A model generated the notes under the pieces. The model did not search any database. It had not been told where the DNA came from and was given only the letters and a program-made list of their open reading frames with translations. From a virus, in the IMG/VR virus record IMGVR_UViG_3300023184_000105, positions 3,926 to 67,925 of that record: DNA of 64,000 nt; one strand, 5' to 3'. The translations under genes were made by a program, and so were the position numbers. Of the stretch, positions 1 through 8,430 are shown one piece after another; position 1 is the stretch's first letter; each line of letters begins with the position of its first letter.

Positions 1-1
1 T

Positions 2-145
2 AGCAGTATCAGTTAACGGATTGTAAGGAATACTATGGCAATAGACTCCTGTATTATGTTTCTTTCCATCTTCAAGACATGCAGGTATATGCTTGATTAT
101 ATCAAGCACCTGTTTTCTATCTTGAAAGTCGATATCAATATCCAT
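2..145 (-). CDS. Partial (runs off left edge) DNA polymerase III alpha / family C polymerase-like protein
   Basis: Not in the ORF track. Manual translation from ATG at 145-143 (overlapping the TAA of the dCMP deaminase gene) gives MDIDIDFQDRKQVLDIIKHIPACLEDGKKHNTGVYCHSIPYNPLTDTA. DIDIDF..R matches the DnaE catalytic PDxDxDF motif and KHNTGVY resembles the DnaE KHAGGVV motif. Confidence 0.7.
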   Translation of the reverse strand, partial: MDIDIDFQDRKQVLDIIKHIPACLEDGKKHNTGVYCHSIPYNPLTDTA

Positions 146-672
146 TATATTTGTTCAACCTTTACGCCCGAAGTTTCGAGAAACGTGACGCCACTAGTAT
201 CCCTATAAGCACTACGATATAGAACGTGCCCAATACCGCTTTGGTATATAAGTTTGGCACACTCCATACATGGAGCGTGGGTAATGAACATAGTAGCGCC
301 CATACCGCTATTTGTACTTTTGGCCAATTTGGCAATCGCATTTGATTCAGCATGTAATACCTCTGGTTTAGTTTTTAGTTTATAACGACGAGTAGTTTCA
401 AAACTTTCATTATCGTTCGCGACTACTACAGTTTCTTCAAATGGCCACTGTTCGTAAATCTCTTCGGGACTTAGCCAACCGCCAGCATCACTGCTCATGT
501 ATTCTTTGTTCTCGCAATTGTTATCCCAACCTGCAGGCATACCGTTGTAACCGTAACTGATAACGCTGTCATCTTTAACAATTACCGCCCCAACTTGTAA
601 TCGTTTAGCGTGGCTAAGTTCTGCGGTACGAGCCGCCCATGCCATGTATAAATCGATGAATTTTTGTTTCAA
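145..672 (-). CDS. cd: dCMP deaminase
   Basis: Zinc-deaminase motifs HAESNAI and PCMECAK, plus VGAVIVK...GYNGMP. Confidence 0.95.
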   Translation of the reverse strand: MKQKFIDLYMAWAARTAELSHAKRLQVGAVIVKDDSVISYGYNGMPAGWDNNCENKEYMSSDAGGWLSPEEIYEQWPFEETVVVANDNESFETTRRYKLKTKPEVLHAESNAIAKLAKSTNSGMGATMFITHAPCMECAKLIYQSGIGHVLYRSAYRDTSGVTFLETSGVKVEQI

Positions 673-857
673 TTGACTGTCTCTGTAAATCGTTCTAGAA
701 AACTTTCAACATAACAACTATAGGTATTCTCACCATTGCTATCATTGCAATAGTGTACCCAAGTATGTCCGTCATCCATTTCAATAGTATTTAAAACTCG
801 AAATACTTCGTGACTACCGTGTCCTGTCCATTTACTTCCATATTTTGGTATCTTCAT
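669..857 (-). CDS. Hypothetical protein (62 aa)
   Basis: ORF with 4-nt overlaps to both neighbours, consistent with operon coupling. Confidence 0.7.
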   Translation of the reverse strand: MKIPKYGSKWTGHGSHEVFRVLNTIEMDDGHTWVHYCNDSNGENTYSCYVESFLERFTETVN

Positions 858-1618
858 TCTGTTCTCCTCTCAATATCATCTTCAACGCAATGTTCACCGT
901 ACTGCACTTCTACAATACGACACGGTATGTTATATGGGTTAGTTAATTGATGCCAGTAATTCATGTCAACATGATATGATTGGTGTTGAGATAGAGTTAA
1001 GGTCATTGGATAACTGTTATCAGGCAGCATTGTATTAACATCACATTTGCCCTCTGTAACCAACCAGTATTCATTACGTTTAAAATGTTTCTGCATACTT
1101 AAACTTTTACCCGGCTCTACAGTTAATTCTTTAACCTTACATCCTGTTACATCATGTAGTATACGATAATACCCCCACGGGCGCAATGTCTTTGGCGCCT
1201 TCCACTCTTCAAGAATCCAACTACTGCTGTTAACTTTATATTCTCCGCCAACGCCGAATACAAACTCTAGTTTATCGTCTACTAGGCCCATCTCCGGTAT
1301 ATTCTCTTTAGTACGATCCCCGCCGTTGGCAAAAATTATTGTTGCATTGGGATACATAGCCCTAACTCCAGTAATAGTATTTTTACTACTATTATCTGCA
1401 TCAGGATAACATACAACTTTATCTACAACTTTTAATGATTCTATAATACGGAGACGTTCGTATTCGTCCATAAAAGATTTTCTCTTTTTACGGACTAACC
1501 ACTCGTCCGTGTTAATACCAACGATTAACATATCACCTAGTTTACGGGCCGCTTCAAAGTAAGCAATATGTCCACTATGCAAAGGGTCAAAGCCACCAGT
1601 GACTAGTACTATTTTCAC
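854..1618 (-). CDS. Cytidylyltransferase-family (RfaE-II/TagD-like) domain fused to a mannose-6-phosphate isomerase-type cupin
   Basis: N-terminal TGGFDPLHSGH (HxGH) and ANGGDR. C-terminal RPWGYY...KVKELTVEPGKSLSMQKH..RNEYW...WHQLTNP...IVEVQYG..CVEDDIER is like the ManC C-terminal cupin. Confidence 0.88.
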   Translation of the reverse strand: MKIVLVTGGFDPLHSGHIAYFEAARKLGDMLIVGINTDEWLVRKKRKSFMDEYERLRIIESLKVVDKVVCYPDADNSSKNTITGVRAMYPNATIIFANGGDRTKENIPEMGLVDDKLEFVFGVGGEYKVNSSSWILEEWKAPKTLRPWGYYRILHDVTGCKVKELTVEPGKSLSMQKHFKRNEYWLVTEGKCDVNTMLPDNSYPMTLTLSQHQSYHVDMNYWHQLTNPYNIPCRIVEVQYGEHCVEDDIERRTE

Positions 1619-2025
1619 AGTTCACCACTTTCTGCTAATTTTAACATAAGACTGTAATGTTGATAAGCCTTCTTCACTGCCGGATACTTGTCTCGTAGAC
1701 GTTTTTCTTCTTCCTTCTGTTCCATTAGATGTTCAAACATATTATAATGTCCTCGACCTTTCATGTTGTTGAAAACCTCGGCTTCAAAGTCTGCCAATCG
1801 TTCTAATGAATCCTCGGTAATTTCTACTGTATAGAGTTTTACAGTTTCGTATCGCATGGCATGCGTTGCTGTTAAATCGTTATAGTCAACGGGATTCTGA
1901 AAATATTCCACATTCATTCGTGTATGTCTATGGGCACGTTTGTTATCGTCAATGATATTAATTCGATAGTGCTCTACAAATGTTTTAAAATTTTCCTGAC
2001 TCATTTTATTCCTGCCTCCATACAT
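1615..2025 (-). CDS. Hypothetical protein (true start may be MSQENF at 2004)
   Basis: In-operon ORF; the ATG at 2004 overlaps the upstream stop codon (ATGA). Confidence 0.65.
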   Translation of the reverse strand: MYGGRNKMSQENFKTFVEHYRINIIDDNKRAHRHTRMNVEYFQNPVDYNDLTATHAMRYETVKLYTVEITEDSLERLADFEAEVFNNMKGRGHYNMFEHLMEQKEEEKRLRDKYPAVKKAYQHYSLMLKLAESGEL

Positions 2026-2696
2026 ATTTCTTGTACTAATGCGACATCCGCAGGGCTTTGTTTAAACTTCTTCATCCAAAATGGAACATCAAATACTGGA
2101 GCAATCATTGCTAATTGTTCGTCGCTCATATTATTAATCATAGTTTTTCCAGGAGCACTATTAAGTATCATCCAAAAACTAATCTTGCCGTTAAGTATAT
2201 CATGTACTGCTTTGTTAAGACTTACATAGTTAAAATAATGTGCATAGTTAGCATTATGTGAATCACCCCATTCCATCATAGTTTGCAGACTTCTTTGTAC
2301 AGCACTTTCAACTGGTTCAACCTTAAGCATATCAAACAGATACTTTTCATATAGTTCGTCTCTGCACCAGTGGTCCAATTTAATGCCACTTTTGATCACA
2401 TAGTCTACAAACTTAGTTGGATATAATGGATTAACATTATTAATAAAACTACCAAATTTTACAAAGGCATTATAGTAACTGCTGTCAGCAAAGTCGTCAT
2501 ATGATTTAGATTTCTTGGCATTTTGTGTCAATTGCCAAAAGCGATTAAATGCCATAAAACCTGCTTGTACACGTTTTTCATCCTTTTGTAGAGCACGTCT
2601 TTTGCGTTCGCACATATGGGCAACTAGGGTTTTATCTTTCATAAAACTCTTACCACAATGTACACAAGTATAAGGTTGTGCTACTAAATCAATCAT
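2001..2696 (-). CDS. Hypothetical protein with N-terminal C2HC/C2H2-type zinc finger
   Basis: YTCVHCGKSFMKDKTLVAHMC = C-x2-C-x12-H-x-C. Confidence 0.7.
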   Translation of the reverse strand: MIDLVAQPYTCVHCGKSFMKDKTLVAHMCERKRRALQKDEKRVQAGFMAFNRFWQLTQNAKKSKSYDDFADSSYYNAFVKFGSFINNVNPLYPTKFVDYVIKSGIKLDHWCRDELYEKYLFDMLKVEPVESAVQRSLQTMMEWGDSHNANYAHYFNYVSLNKAVHDILNGKISFWMILNSAPGKTMINNMSDEQLAMIAPVFDVPFWMKKFKQSPADVALVQEICMEAGIK

Positions 2697-3100
2697 TCTA
2701 TTTCTTCTTCTAAATATCTTTTTAATTCTTTATCTGTTGGCTGGACAGAGTAATTTTGTTTAAAAAATATTTCATAACTATCACTTCCATACTTGCCTAT
2801 ACCGTACAGGTCAGTTGCATCAACCCCATTCCATGTCAAGTAGTCACGGCTCATACCCAATAAACGCTTGTATCTGACATTGGTCATTCCCAGGGGTTTG
2901 ATAATGCTTTTGACAAATTCCTCATCAGCATTAATCAATGCATGTGGTGTTGGAAACCAATATAGAAATTCGGGCAGTGTGGTCTTGACTGATTTACGCC
3001 CAGTTTGATTAAGCATAATTACACCGACCATATGTTCCCAACTATTACGGATCTGTTGTTGTACCATCAGATCATCTCGTAGAGGTTCGAACCAGTTCAT
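2693..3100 (-). CDS. HhH-GPD DNA glycosylase, MBD4-like (G:T/G:U mismatch)
   Basis: W..MVGVIMLNQT, IKPLGM, HhH motif LYGIGKYGSDSYEIF and P.DK.L..Y follow the order of the MBD4 glycosylase domain motifs. Confidence 0.85.
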   Translation of the reverse strand: MNWFEPLRDDLMVQQQIRNSWEHMVGVIMLNQTGRKSVKTTLPEFLYWFPTPHALINADEEFVKSIIKPLGMTNVRYKRLLGMSRDYLTWNGVDATDLYGIGKYGSDSYEIFFKQNYSVQPTDKELKRYLEEEIE

Positions 3101-3555
3101 TCGTATTCCTTCCGTTGTTTCTTATCAAAACCCATTTTATCAAAAAGTTCGTCTTTATCTTTCTTATTCATCATTGATGCCATTAGTTTAACATCGGACA
3201 TTTTCATTGCCGGATATATTTCGCATAATAGTTTTTCAATCTTATTGGCTTTTTCTTTTTTACCTGCCGCCAAATAAGGATGGTAGCAATTAACGCCGGT
3301 ACCAGTTGCGGCGAACAATTTCCATAATAATGCTTTATGATTTTTACTTAGTTCCCAGTGATTTTTATTGACCAGTTCGTTGGTCATTTCTAAATACCAT
3401 TCTTGTATATCTCGATCAAGCATATCTATATTAGCAGTATATCGCATTAAGATAAAAGGACTGAATGCTTTCTTTTCTTCGTCTGTGAGGTTATCATAAA
3501 AATCGTAGGTCTTTTGATCCACTGCTCTAAGTTCACGTTTAATATCAAGTGCCAT
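3097..3555 (-). CDS. Clamp loader small subunit (T4 gp62-like)
   Basis: KAFSPFILMRY...EMTNELVN...HKALLWKL pattern, 152 aa, in the replication block. Confidence 0.55.
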   Translation of the reverse strand: MALDIKRELRAVDQKTYDFYDNLTDEEKKAFSPFILMRYTANIDMLDRDIQEWYLEMTNELVNKNHWELSKNHKALLWKLFAATGTGVNCYHPYLAAGKKEKANKIEKLLCEIYPAMKMSDVKLMASMMNKKDKDELFDKMGFDKKQRKEYE

Positions 3556-3557
3556 AA

Positions 3558-3842
3558 TTATACCGGATGATGATCAATATCGTCTTTATCTTTACTTAGA
3601 TAATATATTATTATAGCACGTTCTAATGCTTTATGTAAAGCGATATTAGTTTTTGCTGATCGCCGAATGTTACCCCACAGTTGGTTATCCATTATATGAT
3701 CATGTAGTGGTCTACCATCATCGGTTCTTTTATCCCATCGCCAACCAGTTTCTATCCACTCATCAGAATCCTCTTCTTGTGCGTAGGTTATACCGTCTAC
3801 ATTTTTGTAAGTATATCTAGCCCCGGGAGTAAGTGTCCCCAT
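3558..3842 (-). CDS. Hypothetical protein (94 aa)
   Basis: In-operon ORF with tight spacing. Confidence 0.7.
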   Translation of the reverse strand: MGTLTPGARYTYKNVDGITYAQEEDSDEWIETGWRWDKRTDDGRPLHDHIMDNQLWGNIRRSAKTNIALHKALERAIIIYYLSKDKDDIDHHPV

Positions 3843-3843
3843 T

Positions 3844-4347
3844 TTACCAGCACCTTGTATAATCCACTAATTCACTTTGACGACTAACTTCTTTAACAAA
3901 ATAAGCACAAGTAGGTTTAGGACCCGCTTCCAATGGTGTGCATAATAGTTGTCCCGGCTTCATCTTTGGAAAATACCATTTAACATCTTGATATACATCT
4001 ATGATATCAATCTCATGAAATTCGGGTCGGAAACTGCTTAGTGGATTAAAGCAAAATGTTTTAAAACCTCGATCATTTAGACTAGTAAGTGGTAGTACTT
4101 CCATATCAGGGCCTTCAGGATCACCAACGATAGCACACCAATCTAGTGGCATAGTTATTTCATGTTTACCCACTTTTAGTACCGCAGCAGGTCCAGTAAA
4201 ACTTTCTAAAAAGATAAGTGGAATAAAGAAATAATCAGGGTTAGAACTATCACTATTATCCAGTACAGCAAATCTTAAATCGTCATCTACCTCTTCTGGT
4301 AATTCGTTGAGATAAAATATCTCATTGTTTAGTGTTAAAATTTGCAT
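3844..4347 (-). CDS. Hypothetical protein, possible degenerate Hint-fold
   Basis: 167-aa beta-rich ORF; see findings. Confidence 0.7.
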   Translation of the reverse strand: MQILTLNNEIFYLNELPEEVDDDLRFAVLDNSDSSNPDYFFIPLIFLESFTGPAAVLKVGKHEITMPLDWCAIVGDPEGPDMEVLPLTSLNDRGFKTFCFNPLSSFRPEFHEIDIIDVYQDVKWYFPKMKPGQLLCTPLEAGPKPTCAYFVKEVSRQSELVDYTRCW

Positions 4348-4348
4348 A

Positions 4349-5056
4349 TTATTTTTTATTTTTATTAATTATATTTTTTAATTTCATATAACTGGCTTTA
4401 CCTAGTGAATAATCCCAGGCTACAAATTTTTCATTATATACATCTTGTGTAAGTGTATGTAATGAAATTTCTATAGGTCTATCGTCAGTTAACGGTATCA
4501 ATTGGGCAATGGTAGTTCCTGCCTTAAGCATATCTTGTCTAGGAATTCCATTAGTTTTCCATAAGGTGATAATGTTAATTTGATGTTGATATCTAAATTC
4601 AGTAACGCCGGGTACCGTGGTAAATTGTTGTGGATCTTTCTGATTCCAAACAGGTTGTAAAAAAATAAACGGTATTGGTTCATCGCACCAGACACGCCAT
4701 GGACTTTCAAATTTTATATTAACATAGTCAGGCCAAGCACTTGGTGCTTGTTGTTGTAAATTATGTCCACCGGCATTTAACAAACCTGATTTTTTTGGCC
4801 AAGTAATGTTAGTAATTTTATTGACACCTGTTTCTACATTATAATCTGCCCACAGGGGAATAGATATACCTTTACTATATAAGTCCTTAAATCCAGGACA
4901 ATGTTTAACTGTTTTTCCGGGAGCATCAGCAGGTATATTATCATACCAAGCAGGGATATCATCTTTCATTAATACCGGTGGGAACATGTCTATTAACTGC
5001 CCAACAGGAGCATACATTTCTAACTTTATTACTTTTTTCTTTTTCTTAAAAAACAT
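4349..5056 (-). CDS. Hypothetical protein (DUF6065/dUTPase-fold-like accessory family)
   Basis: TVKHCPGFKDLYSKGISIPLWAD...KFESPW...LKAGTTIAQLIP pattern; family call is from memory. Confidence 0.5.
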   Translation of the reverse strand: MFFKKKKKVIKLEMYAPVGQLIDMFPPVLMKDDIPAWYDNIPADAPGKTVKHCPGFKDLYSKGISIPLWADYNVETGVNKITNITWPKKSGLLNAGGHNLQQQAPSAWPDYVNIKFESPWRVWCDEPIPFIFLQPVWNQKDPQQFTTVPGVTEFRYQHQINIITLWKTNGIPRQDMLKAGTTIAQLIPLTDDRPIEISLHTLTQDVYNEKFVAWDYSLGKASYMKLKNIINKNKK

Positions 5057-5065
5057 ATTTTTCCT

Positions 5066-6520
5066 TTATAGGTATTTTACTTTCTCAATATTAAATGGAT
5101 ATTTGGCTTCTTTATAAAACCTCTTTCTTTCTGTCAAGTGACGTTTAGCATATTTGCTAGCGGCTGTTATATCCCAGATCTGGACGAAGTCCTTGTCGTC
5201 TGCTTTTCTAATGCCTCGCCCAATCGACTGTATAACTCGGACAAAGCTCTTTCCGGGCTCCAGAAGAACCAGATTAAAAATCCTAGGAATATTAATACCC
5301 ACAGCGGCCACACCAAAAGTCGCCACAATAATCTTGTTATCAGCAGTTCTAATCTCATCGTATTCTTCTTTCCTGTCTTTAGTTTTGACTTGACCTGATA
5401 CAAACACCGCCTCTGGTATTTGCTCAATAATAAATTTACCAGAGTCGATTCTATTAACTAAGACTAAGGTATTTCCCGATGTTGCAATATTACGAATCAT
5501 GTTACTGATGTAGGTCATTCTTTTATCATCAGTAACAAGATATTTTAATTCTTCTGCATAACTTCCAAACTCTTTCCATTCGGCTGTTTGAACAACATTA
5601 ACGTGACAATTACTTAATATACCTGCTTCTTGTAGTTCATGTGCTTTGACTACATTTATCACTTCTCCCAGGCTTGCACGTAATGCTTGATACTCATGTT
5701 CTGCTTTTGGAATGGTTCCTGTAAGTCCCCAACGAATTGGAACATGACTTAGATTCTGTGTCAACAATTTCTTCAATACATCGGCTTTTGCCATGTGTAC
5801 TTCGTCAACCATCACTGTTCTTACGTCTGCTAAAAACTCAGAAATTTGTAAAATATCGTCGTCGTTTTTGCTTTTTTTGTCCCAAATATTCAAACTTTGC
5901 CAAGTACAGATTGTGTGTGTTTTGTTAAGATCTTTTCTGTCTCCATAGTAAACACCCACATCTAAACCGACATTAACAAAGTCTTCTTCGGTTTGCTCTA
6001 CTAAACTTTTATTAGGAACAATGGTTATTGTTCGACCGTATTTTTCACAAATTTTCGCCAAAGTTGCGGTGGTGATTGTCTTACCAAAACCAGTGGCAAT
6101 TTCCTGTAAACATTGTGGATTTTCTAAAAACTTATTAATGACATCAACTTGGTCACTACGTAAACGAATAAGATGACCAGCAAAACGATGTCCTAGAGGC
6201 CACGTTTTTTCACCCCAAAAATCCTCAAAAATCTCGGAAAATTCCAGACTTGTAGTGGTACGTTGATCTTCAAATTCGATGTAGTAGTTCTTGCTTTCAA
6301 TGTACTCTAACACCGGTCCAAGCATACTGAGATAAGTTGAGCCACCAAGACCAAAGAAACTAATGCTTCCATCCCATCGACCTAATTTGTAACTTGGTCT
6401 GAAGCGAGCAGTGGGGTCTTCGTACTTGAATTTTTTGACCAAAGCCTTACGAACATCGAGATCTAAATTTTCAATCTTAACATTCACTTCATCTTTAATA
6501 ATAACTTTACATGTACTCAA
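5066..6520 (-). CDS. uvsW: UvsW SF2 DNA helicase
   Basis: Walker A ATGFGKT, DEVH box, GLTGT, motif VI QSIGRGIR, N-terminal GRWDG; located near uvsY/uvsX. Confidence 0.93.
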   Translation of the reverse strand: MSTCKVIIKDEVNVKIENLDLDVRKALVKKFKYEDPTARFRPSYKLGRWDGSISFFGLGGSTYLSMLGPVLEYIESKNYYIEFEDQRTTTSLEFSEIFEDFWGEKTWPLGHRFAGHLIRLRSDQVDVINKFLENPQCLQEIATGFGKTITTATLAKICEKYGRTITIVPNKSLVEQTEEDFVNVGLDVGVYYGDRKDLNKTHTICTWQSLNIWDKKSKNDDDILQISEFLADVRTVMVDEVHMAKADVLKKLLTQNLSHVPIRWGLTGTIPKAEHEYQALRASLGEVINVVKAHELQEAGILSNCHVNVVQTAEWKEFGSYAEELKYLVTDDKRMTYISNMIRNIATSGNTLVLVNRIDSGKFIIEQIPEAVFVSGQVKTKDRKEEYDEIRTADNKIIVATFGVAAVGINIPRIFNLVLLEPGKSFVRVIQSIGRGIRKADDKDFVQIWDITAASKYAKRHLTERKRFYKEAKYPFNIEKVKYL

Positions 6521-7679
6521 TTTGCGGGCTCTTTGTTTTTTTATCTGCTAACACATTAATAACATTATGCTTGTTTTTCATAAAATTAGCAAGAGTATAA
6601 TGTATATTATAGAAATTAAAATTCAATACACAATTAAATTTCAGTTTTGATTCAAATAATGGCTTAGGAAGTTTTCCACTAAGGACCACCACTTTGGTTG
6701 TTTCAGACACAGGCGAATTTAGTTTTTCTTCCTTGACAAATTTGTTAAAATCTCCCCCATTTTCATTAGGTAAGCGGAATAAAACACTAATTTCGTGATT
6801 TTCAATACCAATGTCTTTTAGCAATTCTAGTGCCTGTTGCATTTTGGCCAATTCATTGCCGCCGGGAACAGTAACAATGCAAGGCAATAAACCTTGAACA
6901 ATTGGCTTCAACTCTAAAATTGAATTTTCTTCCAAATTTATGGAAAAATTGGTGGCCGGGTCAGTTTTTATGAATTCTTTGACTATTTCATCTTCATTGC
7001 AGTTATCTAATGCATTATCAACATTATTATCCCATGTGGTAATGCCAGCACGTCTTGCTTCAAGCACCGATTTTAAAATATCATTACCAGTAAGTGCTGG
7101 AACACTACTGTGTACATTGATATATTTGGTATTTTTACCATCATATGTTAGCATAGGGACATAATTTTCAATGTTTGAAGTTATAGTCTCAATTTGACTG
7201 ATAAAATTTTTAAATTCTTCATCGGCTGTGAAATTATAACGTTCAATCCAAGATGAAAAGAAATTTATAACTTTATCTTCCAACGAAAAAATCCATAATT
7301 TGTCATCAGCCTGCCATTCTGCTAACGAGAATTCAGTTTTAACTTTTTTAATCTCATTTACAAGTTTTTCCTCATAAGGAAATTTAACTCTAATAGTTTT
7401 TTCAGAAATATGTGTGGAAATATGTTTTACCATACTAATAGTTCTGATTTTATATTTGAATAAGGGTGCGTCTAACAATGGGGTTATGTCTTTGCCTAGA
7501 TGGACATTAATTTGATTTTTGTATGCTTTTAACATTTTGAGCATTATAGCAGATTGCTTCTCTGTAAAACCCAAATTTTTATAATTTATCTGTTCGTAGA
7601 AACTCTGCACCAATGTTAAATCATAACGATTGGTCTTAACAGAATACATTAACTCGGAAAGTAAATCTTCAATATACAT
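6507..7679 (-). CDS. Hypothetical protein (390 aa)
   Basis: Long ORF between uvsY and uvsW, preceded by a sigma70-like promoter. Confidence 0.8.
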   Translation of the reverse strand: MYIEDLLSELMYSVKTNRYDLTLVQSFYEQINYKNLGFTEKQSAIMLKMLKAYKNQINVHLGKDITPLLDAPLFKYKIRTISMVKHISTHISEKTIRVKFPYEEKLVNEIKKVKTEFSLAEWQADDKLWIFSLEDKVINFFSSWIERYNFTADEEFKNFISQIETITSNIENYVPMLTYDGKNTKYINVHSSVPALTGNDILKSVLEARRAGITTWDNNVDNALDNCNEDEIVKEFIKTDPATNFSINLEENSILELKPIVQGLLPCIVTVPGGNELAKMQQALELLKDIGIENHEISVLFRLPNENGGDFNKFVKEEKLNSPVSETTKVVVLSGKLPKPLFESKLKFNCVLNFNFYNIHYTLANFMKNKHNVINVLADKKTKSPQIEYM

Positions 7680-7685
7680 ACAATT

Positions 7686-7714
7686 ATTATACTACAAAAC
7701 ACAAAAGGACTCAA
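7686..7714 (-). promoter_or_regulatory. sigma70-like promoter TTGAGT-17-TATAAT, leaderless start
   Basis: Minus strand reads TTGAGT (7714-7709), 17 nt, TATAAT (7691-7686), 6 nt, ATG (7679). Confidence 0.7.
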
Positions 7715-7726
7715 GTCCTTCTGTGT
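7695..7726 (-). terminator. Intrinsic terminator after uvsY
   Basis: Minus strand hairpin ACACAGAAGGAC-TTGA-GTCCTTTTGTGT followed by TTTG. Confidence 0.65.
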
Positions 7727-8181
7727 CAAATAACAACGTCTTCCATACCCGCTGTTCGGAGTTTGATAATATTACTTAGTTGCCACTGTTTGATATCTAA
7801 GCCCTTAATAATACCCAGCCATTGATTGCGTAGTAGTGCAAACTCATTGATGATCTTTTCCATATCAACTACATCTGCCTCACCTTCTACATACTTTTCA
7901 ACATCTCTACTGCTAAGAGCACGTTGATAGTTTTCCAAATATTTCTTAAAAGTTTTGGAACGTAGGCGGCGCAGTTCAATGTTTAGATATTCTAAGATAC
8001 CTTCAATTTCTTGAAGTTGATTAAATCGATGAGCAACAATACCAGGCAAAGCAGCAGAGGATTTTTCCACGTTGCCATGGATTTTAACCTCTGCTCTTGC
8101 TGAGTCTAATTCGAGATAATAGTAATCAATACAGCCTGGCAAGTGAGCAATATCTTTGCTTACTTTGCTGTACCAATTCAC
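7726..8181 (-). CDS. uvsY: UvsY recombination mediator
   Basis: Helical 151-aa protein with RALSSRDVEKYVEGEADV...WLGIIKGLDIKQWQLSNIIKLRTAGMED, next to uvsX. Confidence 0.85.
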   Translation of the reverse strand: MNWYSKVSKDIAHLPGCIDYYYLELDSARAEVKIHGNVEKSSAALPGIVAHRFNQLQEIEGILEYLNIELRRLRSKTFKKYLENYQRALSSRDVEKYVEGEADVVDMEKIINEFALLRNQWLGIIKGLDIKQWQLSNIIKLRTAGMEDVVI

Positions 8182-8183
8182 AA

Positions 8184-8429
8184 TTAGTCCTCGTCTTCGT
8201 CGTAGATATCGTCTTCGTCAATTTGATTTTCATCATTAAATTCATCTACAATAAGTTGTATTGCAGAATCAAGATGAGGATCAAATCCCATAACTGATTC
8301 AAGTACTGACAACTCAACATCTTGTCCGATTAAAAAATCTACAAAATGCGTTGCTGCTGTTTCACGATTTTTTTCAGGAACATAGTCCTTAAAAGTGTCC
8401 CATACACCGATAATTAGATCTTCTTCCAT
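8184..8429 (-). CDS. Small acidic hypothetical protein
   Basis: 81-aa ORF between uvsX and uvsY with an acidic tail. Confidence 0.75.
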   Translation of the reverse strand: MEEDLIIGVWDTFKDYVPEKNRETAATHFVDFLIGQDVELSVLESVMGFDPHLDSAIQLIVDEFNDENQIDEDDIYDEDED

Positions 8430-8430
8430 A

